Assembly: GCA_003557385.1 (NCBI GenBank)
Contig: PWON01000040.1
Coordinates: 17,677 to 81,676, forward strand
Direction: 5' to 3'
Length of the DNA stretch: 64,000 nucleotides
From: Bacteroidales bacterium
GTDB taxonomy: Bacteria; Bacteroidota; Bacteroidia; Bacteroidales; UBA7960
Below the pieces are notes generated by a model. That model saw nothing but the letters and a program-made list of their open reading frames with translations. It ran no database searches and had not been told where the DNA came from. Below are positions 36,865 to 46,677 of the stretch, piece by piece. Every line of letters begins with the position of its first letter. The first letter of the stretch is position 1. The position numbers and the translations under genes are program-made.

Positions 36865-37647
36865 TCACTGATGATATGCCTTCTGTATACTTTCGCTGAT
36901 AAAGGTATACATTTTGCGATATTCAGGGTTGGCTGACAACATTTTCCGGTGTTCTTCCATGATATTTTTGTTATGGCGCCGGGCAGGGCCTGTTTGCATA
37001 TCACGGGGATCTCCTTTCATGGCTTTACGGGCTGTTTCTTCGATCAGTGGCCTCAACAGGTCAAATGCAAGGCCATTTTCTTCAAGGATGCCGGCAGCCA
37101 TGGCATACATATGGTTCACGAAATTGCAGCCAAAAACAGCTGCCACATGTAAAATCCGGCGCTGGTCAGACGGGATCCATGTCACGGTATTGCTGAGCGA
37201 ACGGGCAAGGGCCTCCAGTTTATCCCTGTCTGCAGAACGCAATGCTTCAAGGCATAAAGGAATTTTGCTGAAATCAACAGGCACATCCCTGGAAAATGTT
37301 TGCAACGGATACAAAACGCCAGTTTGATCGCTTCCCGCTTGCAACACATTCAGGGGAGTGGTCCCGGAGGTATGCACCAATAGCTTGTCCCTAAACGGGA
37401 AACAAGCGGATACTTCTGCAATGGCGTCATCTGTAACTGCTATTACATACAGGTCGGCTTCGGGTGTCAAAGCCTCCATGCGGCAGGTAAAGGCACAGCC
37501 CAGTTTTTGTGCAAGTACTTCTGCCGTAGCAAGCCTTTTACTGTATACCTGTACTATGTTGTAACCTGCAAGCTGCAGGGCCGATCCAAGGTGCGCGGCC
37601 ACATTTCCTGCACCCAACAGGACAATTTTTTCGATCATCTCCATCAT
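36865..37647 (-). CDS. Rossmann-fold / DUF2520 domain protein (predicted NAD(P)-dependent oxidoreductase)
   Basis: The ORF extends to 37758, but that part overlaps the ccsA 3' end. The ATG at 37647 precedes the dinucleotide-binding motif IVLLGAGNVAAHLGSAL. Confidence 0.7.
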   Translation of the reverse strand: MMEMIEKIVLLGAGNVAAHLGSALQLAGYNIVQVYSKRLATAEVLAQKLGCAFTCRMEALTPEADLYVIAVTDDAIAEVSACFPFRDKLLVHTSGTTPLNVLQAGSDQTGVLYPLQTFSRDVPVDFSKIPLCLEALRSADRDKLEALARSLSNTVTWIPSDQRRILHVAAVFGCNFVNHMYAMAAGILEENGLAFDLLRPLIEETARKAMKGDPRDMQTGPARRHNKNIMEEHRKMLSANPEYRKMYTFISESIQKAYHQ

Positions 37648-37685
37648 TCGTCCCTTATTGATGTTTGACTGTTCCTCCGGTTTGT

Positions 37686-40070
37686 TCAGCGCACATGGTG
37701 CCTTCTGTGGTGAAAAGAGATCCACAACCCAATGAGCAGGATCACTATGCTCAGCCACAATAAATTGATCATGGGGAAAATCACTGTCTTGATGATGATG
37801 AATTCAGGTTCCTCTTCATAAATCGCAAGTTCAACGGTATATGGTTCATCATCCAGGCGAAGCAAGCGGAATTTGAGGTTCATTTCCCGCAACAGATGAT
37901 CCTCGTGGATGAGTACACCATCAACAAAAATTAAAGCCGTTTGTACCGGATAGCTAACCCCGAAATGTGTGTTCATCTCCATAACGGCCACAATCCTTGC
38001 ATTGTCATCATCTTCAATTCCTGTGAGCGGTTCAGCTATAATATCTTTAAATATCAACTGATTATTATTCAACGGCATGGTGTCTCCCACAGCAATGGAG
38101 AATGCATCAACCCGGGTATAAGGATCCGCATCCTTGTCCTGGTCCAGGGCAGCAAAAGTGACATAGGTGAATATATCGCGCAATGGAAACACCTTTGCAT
38201 ATGGTTCATATACGTTTCCCATCCGTTCATTCAACAAGACTGAAGGAAACGAACTGAATACCTTGAAGTATTCGCCCTCCTGGTTTTTCTTAAGGAAATC
38301 AACCTGGTAATGAAAGCGTTCCCCGTCGAAACGTCTGCCCGCATAACTCACATGATATTCACCCATTGGCAGGATATCACCTTTAATCAACAAAAGGTTC
38401 TCGGTTTCTTTAAAATGCTCTCCAAGTGAAAAACCGGAGGTATTTTCAGAAATGGTTGTTTTTTTTGAGAAGGTAAGCAATATGGCCAGTAATAAGAGGG
38501 CCATGCCCAGATGCGATACAGCCCCGCCGGTGCTGATCAGTTGCCGGCGAAACCGGAATAACATGTCGAGCGAAGAAAATAAGGCGAACAGGGTGGCAAA
38601 CAGCATCAGGACATGTCCCAGCCCGGCAATGCCGTATAATATGGCTGTGAACATAGTGGCCACCAGTGCCAGGCTTAATGAAAAGCTGATTCTCAATATA
38701 AAGGTTTTCAGGTCATTCCTGCCCCATTTAATAAAATGGGTAAGCCCCATGATCAAGGAAATGGCCACGGCAAAAGGAAGTTGCCATTGGTTGTAGTAAG
38801 CCACCACGTTGGCAGGGGGTGCCAGTCGCGTGCCCAATAACTTGTTGAATACCGGGATGGATGTACTGAAAATGATCTGAAATGCTGAAAGCACCAAAAC
38901 AAGGGCAGCCACAAAAAGCCAGAAATCGCGTGTCAATATTTGCTCCCCTTCTTTAGATGGCAAATGCCCGTAATGTTTAATAAACAGTACCAGGCCCATC
39001 AACAGAAAAGTAAATAAATACAGGAGAATATGATTGCCCATCCCATCGCTGCCGAATGAATGCACAGAAGTATCAGAAAGCACCCCGCTGCGCGTCAAAT
39101 AGGTGGCATAAATCACCAATACATAGGCCAGGATCACAAACAGCAGGGCAGGCGCATACGTATGCCTTTTATTCCAGGCAACAAGCATAAGATGCAGTCC
39201 TGCAACCAAAATCAACCAGGGGACCAGCGAAGCATTTTCAATGGGGTCCCATGCCCAGAAACCCCCAAATGTCAATGATTCGTATGCCCATACACCCCCA
39301 AGCAATATCCCTGCACCAAGGAATAGGATGCCCAGTATGGCCCACGGCAGGGCGGGTCTGATCCAGTCATGGAACTTCCCTGTCCACAAACCAGCCACAG
39401 CATAACAATAAGGGACAAGTACCGCAGCATAGCCTATAAAAGTAACCGGGGGGTGTGACAACATCCAGAAGTTGCGGAGTAGGGGATTCAGGCCGTTGCC
39501 ATCTGTAATCAGGGCCAGGTAATCGGGATTATGGAAGAACTGGTTGCTGATGTTTTCCGGGGCCATTCTCAAGAGCACGAATGGATCCAGCCCAATGGCA
39601 GTATTGCCGAAGCGTATGCCCAGCAACATGCTGATCAAAAAAACCTGGGAAACCGAAAACACCGTCATAACCTGCATCTCCCATTGCCTGGCATAACGTA
39701 TCAGCAACAAACCAAAAAATGCCTGGCACAGCGCCCAGAATAACAGGCTGCCCTCCTGGCCCGCCCAAAAGCCGGCAATACGATATCCCAGGGCAAGGTC
39801 ATTTTCTATGTGTATCCAAACATATCGATACTCATAGAAACGACTGAGCAGGATATAGAGCAATATAAAAGCGGCGAGGCCTGCCATGAGTGAATGAAAC
39901 CTGAAAGCCTTCCGCCCCCAGCTTCTCCACTGGCGATAATCCAAACGGCCGGTGGCGGATGCCCTGAAGTAGGCAAAAGAGGCAAATATGGCAGAGAAAA
40001 AAGCTGCAAACAGGGCAAAACGACCGGCATTGCCCCAGAACAACTGTTCGCCAACATATTGTATATCCAT
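37686..40070 (-). CDS. ccsA: Cytochrome c biogenesis protein, fused CcsB/CcsA (ResBC-type heme handling)
   Basis: 794 aa, polytopic. The WWD heme-handling motif is FGGFWAWDPIENASLVPWL. Confidence 0.85.
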   Translation of the reverse strand: MDIQYVGEQLFWGNAGRFALFAAFFSAIFASFAYFRASATGRLDYRQWRSWGRKAFRFHSLMAGLAAFILLYILLSRFYEYRYVWIHIENDLALGYRIAGFWAGQEGSLLFWALCQAFFGLLLIRYARQWEMQVMTVFSVSQVFLISMLLGIRFGNTAIGLDPFVLLRMAPENISNQFFHNPDYLALITDGNGLNPLLRNFWMLSHPPVTFIGYAAVLVPYCYAVAGLWTGKFHDWIRPALPWAILGILFLGAGILLGGVWAYESLTFGGFWAWDPIENASLVPWLILVAGLHLMLVAWNKRHTYAPALLFVILAYVLVIYATYLTRSGVLSDTSVHSFGSDGMGNHILLYLFTFLLMGLVLFIKHYGHLPSKEGEQILTRDFWLFVAALVLVLSAFQIIFSTSIPVFNKLLGTRLAPPANVVAYYNQWQLPFAVAISLIMGLTHFIKWGRNDLKTFILRISFSLSLALVATMFTAILYGIAGLGHVLMLFATLFALFSSLDMLFRFRRQLISTGGAVSHLGMALLLLAILLTFSKKTTISENTSGFSLGEHFKETENLLLIKGDILPMGEYHVSYAGRRFDGERFHYQVDFLKKNQEGEYFKVFSSFPSVLLNERMGNVYEPYAKVFPLRDIFTYVTFAALDQDKDADPYTRVDAFSIAVGDTMPLNNNQLIFKDIIAEPLTGIEDDDNARIVAVMEMNTHFGVSYPVQTALIFVDGVLIHEDHLLREMNLKFRLLRLDDEPYTVELAIYEEEPEFIIIKTVIFPMINLLWLSIVILLIGLWISFHHRRHHVR

Positions 40071-40129
40071 CGTATTACATGGTATTTTGCGACAAATTTA
40101 CATATTTAAAACCGGATCCCCTGTCTGCT

Positions 40130-41674
40130 TTACCATTTGATGATTCGCATGGCGGCATTGAATCCGGGGCCATGCAGGTGCAACACATAGATTCCCGGAA
40201 GCAACCCCTCGATGCCTTCACCCAAGAACACTTCCCTGTTTGATATTTCCCCGGGCGAGGCGCGCCAGGCCACACGGCCATGCAGGTCCACCAGGCTCAA
40301 TGAGTAAGGACCAGACAGTTCTTTGCAGATCCTGACTGTCAAACGGCTTCTAAAAGGGTTTGGGTAAGCATATAAGGGTTCGGGGCAAACAGCGTCAACA
40401 GAAGGAAGGCTTGTTTCATAATCCGACAACTCCCGGTAATATACACCTGCCTTGAAAGAATTTTCGATCATATCATCAAATTGGTCAGCCAGATGGATGG
40501 CAAAACCAAGCACCAGGGTATCTCCCGGGAACAGTTGATGCGGACCGCTGCTGAGCAATGATGAAATATCATTGTCGCCCTGGTAATATCCGGCATGCAA
40601 ACGGTTTGAAGTCAGGGCATAATATTTCTGAAAATCAGAAAAACCGTCAAGCAAAGAAATGCTGCCACCGGCGCCCTGGTTGTCGAAGGCATAATGACGC
40701 ATTCCATGCCCTTCTGATAAAAGCTGAATCCCGGTATAATGACCACCACCGTAAGAATATGCATAGGCAAGTCCCAAGGGCGCATAAAATGTCGCCCGGT
40801 GCAGCTTGTTGTTGCGCAACACCCAATCGGCAAAAAAACCGGCATACATGTCCTGATAAACAACATCCGATTGGTTGACAATATGATATTGCAGGATGAA
40901 AAAATCTTCTGCCGGCATGTTGTCCCAGAAAAATGCATTGTAATCAATTCCAACATTCAACGGGAAGTGTCCATTATTGGCCTGGTCCCGTAATTTGCCG
41001 GATACCCTTATGGGAGCCAGCGGGTGGTCTGTATGCAGCATTGGAAGTTCCTCCGGCTCAAGTGTTTCACTGAAGCTTCCCGGAGAAAGCCCATACACAT
41101 TGTCCACCACCTGAAAGGCGCTGTTTGCAACCAAAATACCTCCTGATTTCAATACGGTATAGCCATTGTGAAAGGTGAGCCCTCTCCCCTGGCTGTAATC
41201 CGGATAATTAAATCCGATCGCCCCCCTGCGGGATACGGTTGTGGTGATGGGACCTGCATAAACATTCACATAATCAAGATTAAGAAAACGGCGAAATGAA
41301 TGCCGGCCAATTCTTTGCTGTGCCTCATCATAAAAAGTGACCGTAAAATATGCCTCATGATTGATTTGGATTTCGGGCAATACACTGATAATAAATGGTT
41401 TATCAATATTGTCAATCACCTGCATGCTGTCAATATCCCCCAGGGAAATGCTGTCTGTTGTGATGTCAAGCATGTCGGAATTGGTAGTGAGAACTGCCGT
41501 AACACCCTGGGCTGATGCCAGGAGGTTCTGGAACTCCATCTGGAGCAGGATGATATCTCCGGGCCTGGCGGCAGAAAAGTCCTCTTCACCTGTCAGGTGT
41601 GTGGCGATGCGAATATATGGCCAGTGCGTTTCAGTCAGTGCCCTGTATAGGTTAAGCCGTCCGTGACCGAGCAA
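40130..41674 (-). CDS. C-terminal 514 codons of the interrupted S8 peptidase (GRLN end of the catalytic domain, middle region, T9SS sorting domain)
   Basis: This ORF is in the same frame as 41687..43027 and is separated from it only by TAA plus 4 codons. It begins (TTG) LGHGRLNLYRAL, the usual end of a subtilase domain, and ends with a T9SS tail YAYPNPFRSRLTV...GIYVLHL. No plausible independent ATG start. Confidence 0.6.
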   Translation of the reverse strand: MLGHGRLNLYRALTETHWPYIRIATHLTGEEDFSAARPGDIILLQMEFQNLLASAQGVTAVLTTNSDMLDITTDSISLGDIDSMQVIDNIDKPFIISVLPEIQINHEAYFTVTFYDEAQQRIGRHSFRRFLNLDYVNVYAGPITTTVSRRGAIGFNYPDYSQGRGLTFHNGYTVLKSGGILVANSAFQVVDNVYGLSPGSFSETLEPEELPMLHTDHPLAPIRVSGKLRDQANNGHFPLNVGIDYNAFFWDNMPAEDFFILQYHIVNQSDVVYQDMYAGFFADWVLRNNKLHRATFYAPLGLAYAYSYGGGHYTGIQLLSEGHGMRHYAFDNQGAGGSISLLDGFSDFQKYYALTSNRLHAGYYQGDNDISSLLSSGPHQLFPGDTLVLGFAIHLADQFDDMIENSFKAGVYYRELSDYETSLPSVDAVCPEPLYAYPNPFRSRLTVRICKELSGPYSLSLVDLHGRVAWRASPGEISNREVFLGEGIEGLLPGIYVLHLHGPGFNAAMRIIKW

Positions 41675-41686
41675 TCCGGCATAGGC

Positions 41687-43027
41687 TTAGTTTTCTTCAA
41701 CGCTGTCAATGGGATCGGCGGTCATTTTCAAAATGGCGCCCGTTTGCAAGGCGTCAAGCGACGGGAAATGGGACCTGAGAATGGCGGCAGCCCCGGCTAC
41801 AATGGGCGAAGACATCGAAGTTCCGCCCGAAAACAGGTAAGAATCATTGACCCAGGTAGACAAGATGCCGGTACCGGGGGCAGCAATGTCCACAAAAAAC
41901 CCATAGGAAGAGAAACCCGTTTTACGGTCGAGGCTGTCGGTGGCCGCCACACCAATTACATGGTCAAAGGAAGCAGGATAAAATGGAGCCGGTGTATTCG
42001 CATTCCCTGCACCCGCCACCACCAGCACATCTTTGTTCAGCACAGCATAATCGATGACATCCTGACCAAACGGACCTGAATTGAAGTGACTTCCCCAGGA
42101 ACAATTGATCACGGATACACCCTGGTCGGCCGAATAAACAATTCCTTCATAGGCTTTTACAAGCCGGCCAAATTCATCATCGATTTTAACGGGAAGGAAT
42201 TTCGACCTGAAACCCACCCCGGCGATTCCCTCATTATTATCGGGCGTTGCAGCTGCAATGCCCGATACATGCAGCCCGTGGGCAGATTTATTGAATGTGG
42301 GATCATTGTTGCCTTCACCGAGATCCCAGCCATGAAAGTTGTCCACGTATCCGTCATTGTCTGAATCTTCTCCATTGATGGGATCATCATAATTGTATTT
42401 AATGGCATCCACCAGGTCGGGATGATACAGATCCACTCCTGTGTCTACAATGCTGATAACTGTATTGGTATCACCCTTTGATATGGTCCATGCCTGGAAT
42501 GCTGAAATGCTTTCAAGATAATACTGATCTGCAAGCAAAGGATCGTTGGGGAAATATCCGGTTTCTGACCGGTGTTCATGTATGATCAATGGCTCAGGCA
42601 CATAACGGGGTTGCACATATTCCGTCAGTCCGGTGGCTGCAAGCGCCTGCATGGTTTCCAGCATCCGGTCATGGTCTTCAATGACCACCTCATATATGCG
42701 CGACAGGTCAGCCAGTGCCCTCCCCGAGTAATGGTACTTCTCGGCGGGGGGCTCATGGTGGGGAAATACCCGGTAAGGAATGCCCGCGTTTTTAGCATTC
42801 AATACAGATGCAATGGCCGGGGGTATTTCGCTGGTGCCGCTTCGGGTGTCAGAAACTTCCGGGATCACCTTAAACAGGATATGGCCAGGTAAAACATAAG
42901 GACTCTCAACAATGGCCGGAATATCATTTCCAGGATACATGTATCCCCGGGCCGGGAGCATCAGCAACGCCAACAGCGCACACAAATACCATATTCGCCC
43001 GTATCCCTTATAACATGCACCATTCAT
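41687..43027 (-). CDS. S8 (subtilisin) family serine peptidase, N-terminal catalytic part ending at an in-frame TAA
   Basis: The ATG at 43027 overlaps the upstream stop as ATGA. It has a signal peptide and the catalytic triad motifs VDTGVDLYHPDL, HGLHVSGIAAA and GGTSMSSPIVAGAAA. The stop is TAA at 41687..41689. Confidence 0.8.
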   Translation of the reverse strand: MNGACYKGYGRIWYLCALLALLMLPARGYMYPGNDIPAIVESPYVLPGHILFKVIPEVSDTRSGTSEIPPAIASVLNAKNAGIPYRVFPHHEPPAEKYHYSGRALADLSRIYEVVIEDHDRMLETMQALAATGLTEYVQPRYVPEPLIIHEHRSETGYFPNDPLLADQYYLESISAFQAWTISKGDTNTVISIVDTGVDLYHPDLVDAIKYNYDDPINGEDSDNDGYVDNFHGWDLGEGNNDPTFNKSAHGLHVSGIAAATPDNNEGIAGVGFRSKFLPVKIDDEFGRLVKAYEGIVYSADQGVSVINCSWGSHFNSGPFGQDVIDYAVLNKDVLVVAGAGNANTPAPFYPASFDHVIGVAATDSLDRKTGFSSYGFFVDIAAPGTGILSTWVNDSYLFSGGTSMSSPIVAGAAAILRSHFPSLDALQTGAILKMTADPIDSVEEN

Positions 43028-43491
43028 AGCACACAATCTTTTATAAGCACCGAATAATCGGGTACCTCATCCAGGAACCGCCATATCCCGGCCCTGGTAT
43101 CCCTCACGCAGCAATAATGTTCAAGGCCATTGGTTACCGCCAGGACAGGGACGCCAAACGGAAAATTGTATCTTGCTATCTGATCAAACACATCCTGTGT
43201 GATCTTTTGCTCTGCCGACTTGCACTCAATAATCATCACCGGCTTTCGTTCAGGACCAAACACAATGGCATCGGCACGCTTTGGCATGCGATTGTATTGC
43301 AGGGACGCCTCCACAATGATCAGGGAACCCGGAAAACCTTTGTGGGTCTTAAGCCACCACAAAAAATGCTGCCGCACCCATTCTTCAGGGCTAAGCACCA
43401 CATACCGCTTTCTGAATATATCAAATACTAGCTCTTTGCCTTCTTTTTTGATAATCTTTAAGGGGAATGATGGCAGGTTCAGGTCGTGCAT
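43024..43491 (-). CDS. Type I restriction enzyme HsdR N-terminal-domain-like (PD-(D/E)xK fold) protein
   Basis: The maximal ORF reaches 43569, but homolog-like sequence starts at MHDLNLPSFPLKIIKK (ATG at 43491). Nuclease-like motifs are RADAIVF and VMIIECK. Confidence 0.65.
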   Translation of the reverse strand: MHDLNLPSFPLKIIKKEGKELVFDIFRKRYVVLSPEEWVRQHFLWWLKTHKGFPGSLIIVEASLQYNRMPKRADAIVFGPERKPVMIIECKSAEQKITQDVFDQIARYNFPFGVPVLAVTNGLEHYCCVRDTRAGIWRFLDEVPDYSVLIKDCVL

Positions 43492-43536
43492 ATACAAATA
43501 TACAGCAAAAATGAGACTGCCTTCGAAAGCTTTCAT

Positions 43537-43544
43537 TATTTTTG
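43537..43544 (+). promoter_or_regulatory. Putative -7 promoter box for holA
   Basis: TATTTTTG matches TAnnTTTG, 24 nt upstream of the ATG at 43568. Motif-only call. Confidence 0.35.
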
Positions 43545-43567
43545 CCATATCCCAATGCATTTTCACC

Positions 43568-44596
43568 ATGGCCGAAATGAATGTCCATCAGATACTGAAA
43601 GATGTCGGCAACAAAGTCGTGCATCCGGTGTACTTTTTAATGGGTGAAGAAACCTATTATATTGATGTGATTGCAGACAACCTGGAAGAAAGCATTCTTA
43701 CGGACACGGAAAAAGAATTCAACCTGACCATCTTTTACGGGAAGGATACCGAAATACCCGAAATTATCAGTACAGCCAGGCGATACCCCATGATGGCCAG
43801 CCATAATATCGTGATTGTGCGCGAAGCCCAGCACCTGAAAGACATCGACGCATTGATGACCTATCTGCAGAAGCCCCTGGAATCGACCATCCTGGTGGTT
43901 TGCTACAAATACAAATCCCTGGATAAGCGCACCAGGTTTTACAAATTCCTCAACCACTCCGGGGTGGTATACAACGGGAAAAAACTATACGACAGCCAGG
44001 TTCCGGACTGGATTTCAGGCTATGTAAAACAAAACGGTTACCGGATCAGTCCTGCGGCCACAAAATTGCTGTCCGATCACCTGGGTAGTGATCTGGGAAA
44101 GATCGTCAATGAAGTGAAGAAACTATTCATCAACCTGAACAAAGGCAGTGAAATTACCCCCCTGGTCATTGAAGAAAACATCGGGATCAGCAAAGACTTT
44201 AACATGTTTGAGTTTCAAAATGCACTGGGGGCCAAAAACAAACAAAAAGCCTACCAGATCGCCAAATACTTTGCCGACAACCCGCGTTCAAACCCCTTTG
44301 TAATGACCTCCGGAATCCTGTACCAGTTTTTTTCAAAAGTACTCCTGTATCATAGCTTAAAAGACAAAAGCCAGAAAAATGCAGCCACCGAACTGGGTGT
44401 CCATTCTTTTTTTATAAAAGACTACATGCAGGCGGCAAAAAATTATTCACCAAACAGGATCATTGAGATATTCAGCCAGTTAAGGAGTTATGATCTTAAA
44501 TCCAAGGGCCTGGGCAATGAAACAACAGACCAGGGAGAACTGGTCAAAGAACTGACATACAAAATACTGAACCATGCAAAAACAAAACATCCATGA
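43568..44596 (+). CDS. holA: DNA polymerase III delta subunit
   Basis: The ORF track extends it to 43199 across the divergent gene. The real protein starts MAEMNVHQILKDVGNKVVHPVYFLMGEETYYID and is ~342 aa with the typical HolA layout. Confidence 0.8.
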   Translation: MAEMNVHQILKDVGNKVVHPVYFLMGEETYYIDVIADNLEESILTDTEKEFNLTIFYGKDTEIPEIISTARRYPMMASHNIVIVREAQHLKDIDALMTYLQKPLESTILVVCYKYKSLDKRTRFYKFLNHSGVVYNGKKLYDSQVPDWISGYVKQNGYRISPAATKLLSDHLGSDLGKIVNEVKKLFINLNKGSEITPLVIEENIGISKDFNMFEFQNALGAKNKQKAYQIAKYFADNPRSNPFVMTSGILYQFFSKVLLYHSLKDKSQKNAATELGVHSFFIKDYMQAAKNYSPNRIIEIFSQLRSYDLKSKGLGNETTDQGELVKELTYKILNHAKTKHP

Positions 44597-44787
44597 ATTA
44601 TTGGTTGGTTAAGAGTGAGCCGGCAGCATATTCCTGGCAACAATTTGTAAAAGACGGACGCACCATGTGGGATGGTGTCAGAAACTATCAGACCAGGTTG
44701 TCGGTAATGCCTTTAACTAAAGAAACGTTTGACATCATTGTATCCCTGGGAGATACCAGGCAAGGTTCATTAAAACAATCAAAATGA
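44593..44787 (+). pseudogene. EVE-domain gene remnant with a large in-frame internal deletion (64 codons left)
   Basis: The N-terminus MNYWLVKSEPAAYSWQQFVKDGRTMWDGVRNYQ matches EVE-domain starts. It is joined directly to RLSVMPLTKETFDIIVSLG, which matches EVE C-termini. The ~90-aa core of the fold is absent. Confidence 0.5.
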
Positions 44788-45269
44788 ACATACTGGATAT
44801 TATTATCGCCGTTTTTCTGCTACTGGGCGCCATTCGTGGATACCAGAAAGGCTTTTTTCATGAGGTGGCCGTTTTGACAGGGTTGGTAGCGGGTGTTTTC
44901 CTGGCCATCCTTTCGGCCAATATTGCTGGAAATATTTTCGAAAGCCTTTTCAGCTGGAATATTCAGGTTGTGAGAGTGGTGGCTTTTGTAATTGTTTTTA
45001 TTCTGGTGGTTGCGCTGATGCGCTTGCTGGGAGCTTTGCTCACCAACCTGTTCTCGGCCCTGATGCTGGGATTCATCAATCGCCTGGCCGGACTGGCCAT
45101 CGGCATTGTAAAGTGGGGATTGATTCTGGCCATACTCTTTATGTTGGTGGACATGATTGACCATGGCAACTGGCTGATCAAGGAACAAACACGTTTGGAC
45201 AGTTTGCTTTACCCCCAGTTGGAGAGACTGTATGCAAGCATCACCGGGGCCATTGGATTCAGGCTGTAA
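44784..45269 (+). CDS. cvpA: CvpA family membrane protein
   Basis: 161 aa with four helices and the typical start MNILDIIIAVFLLLGAIRGYQKGF. Confidence 0.8.
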   Translation: MNILDIIIAVFLLLGAIRGYQKGFFHEVAVLTGLVAGVFLAILSANIAGNIFESLFSWNIQVVRVVAFVIVFILVVALMRLLGALLTNLFSALMLGFINRLAGLAIGIVKWGLILAILFMLVDMIDHGNWLIKEQTRLDSLLYPQLERLYASITGAIGFRL

Positions 45270-46677
45270 TCTCCAGACTGGCCTTTTTGATCAATTGCCA
45301 TGCCTGTTGCACATGCCGGGCTGAAGTAGTGCGCTGCCCGATTGAAAGCCTCAGGGTAAACCTGCCGCGCAAAATGGTGTGTGTAAGGAATACCGTTCCT
45401 GTCGCATTAATCCGCTCCATGAGTTGTTGATTTATATGGTTGAGGTCCTTGTCGTTGAGGGCACCTGGATTGAATCTGAAACATACCAGGCTGAGTTGCT
45501 GCGGAGCCATCAGTTCAAATGATGCATCGGCCTCCAGCCAGGAAGCAAAATCCCGCGCCATGGCAATGTGCCTGTTCACCAGATCCCGGATGCCTGCTAT
45601 ACCATAAGACCTTATCACGAACCACAATTTGAGGGCGCGAAACCTGCGCCCCAGCTGTATGCCCCAGTCACGGTAATTTTTTACCTCTGTATCGGCCGCT
45701 GTTTTCAGGTATTCGGGCTGCATGCCAAGGGTGCGCAGCAATACATCCGGCTTGCGGACAAAATAGGCCGAACAGTCAAAGTTTGTAAGCATCCATTTGT
45801 GCGGGTTAAACACAAAAGAATCACAATGCCCGGTACCTTTCATGAACCATCTGTGATCCGGATCAATAGCGGCGGTACCCGCAAAAGCGGCATCCACATG
45901 CAACCATACATTGAATTGTTTGCAAATGTTCGCTATGGCTTCCACCGGGTCCATGGCCATTGAGGAAGTGGTGCCCAGGGTAGCCACCACACAGGCTGGT
46001 TTGCGTCCATTTTCCAGGTCTTTTGCAATGGCCTGTGAAAGGGACTCAGGGCACATGGAAAAATCTTCCCTGGTTTGTATCAGCCGCAGGTTTTCTTTTC
46101 CAAACCCGGCGATCTTAACCCCTTTTTCAATGCTGGAATGTGCTTCGGTGGATGTATATACCATCAGGGGTGGTTCATACATCCCTTGTTGATTGGCTGA
46201 ATAACCGCTTACCTGTTCCCTGGCAGACAACAGGGCACATAAACTGGCCGTAGATGCTGTATCCTGGATAACTCCGGTAAATTCCGGAGGCAGGCCGATC
46301 ATTTGCCTAAGCCAATCCATGACACGTTCCTCCAACTCTGTGGCCGCCGGAGAGGTCTGCCAGCTCATACACTGGCTTCCAAGCCCGGAAGTAAGCATTT
46401 CAGCAAGCACCGAAGCCGGACTGTTGTTTGCCGGGAAATAGGCAAACCAGGAGGGGTGCTGCCAATGACTGATGCCAGGCATGATCAATGCACGAAAATC
46501 ATTGAATATCTCATCCATCGATTCGCCACCTTCAGGAGCAGACAAAGGCAGCTGTGACAGCAAATCTCCGGGAAGGGACCTTGATTTTACAGGATATTGT
46601 TCAATGTGTTCGAAATAATCGGCAAGCCAGTCCACAAATATATGCCCGTACCGGCGAAAATGATCATGGTCTGTCAT
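45259..46677 (-). CDS. Group II pyridoxal-phosphate-dependent decarboxylase (aromatic-L-amino-acid / tyrosine decarboxylase-like)
   Basis: 472 aa with the PLP-lysine motif SFVFNPHKWM, plus HWQHPSWFAYFP and the overall DDC-like layout. Confidence 0.85.
   Translation of the reverse strand: MTDHDHFRRYGHIFVDWLADYFEHIEQYPVKSRSLPGDLLSQLPLSAPEGGESMDEIFNDFRALIMPGISHWQHPSWFAYFPANNSPASVLAEMLTSGLGSQCMSWQTSPAATELEERVMDWLRQMIGLPPEFTGVIQDTASTASLCALLSAREQVSGYSANQQGMYEPPLMVYTSTEAHSSIEKGVKIAGFGKENLRLIQTREDFSMCPESLSQAIAKDLENGRKPACVVATLGTTSSMAMDPVEAIANICKQFNVWLHVDAAFAGTAAIDPDHRWFMKGTGHCDSFVFNPHKWMLTNFDCSAYFVRKPDVLLRTLGMQPEYLKTAADTEVKNYRDWGIQLGRRFRALKLWFVIRSYGIAGIRDLVNRHIAMARDFASWLEADASFELMAPQQLSLVCFRFNPGALNDKDLNHINQQLMERINATGTVFLTHTILRGRFTLRLSIGQRTTSARHVQQAWQLIKKASLEITA

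Noticed and set aside
37648-37758. N-terminal extension of the DUF2520 ORF
   Set aside because: It overlaps the 3' end of ccsA, and the Rossmann motif starts right after the internal ATG at 37647.
41687-41689. Genome-wide reassignment of TAA as a sense codon
   Set aside because: TAA terminates many well-defined genes in this window at the expected protein ends (e.g. recA, dmsC, CotH-1).
43199-43567. N-terminal extension of the holA ORF (465-aa version in the ORF track)
   Set aside because: The extension runs antisense through the HsdR_N-like gene and has no HolA similarity. HolA-like sequence begins at the ATG at 43568, behind a TATTTTTG box.
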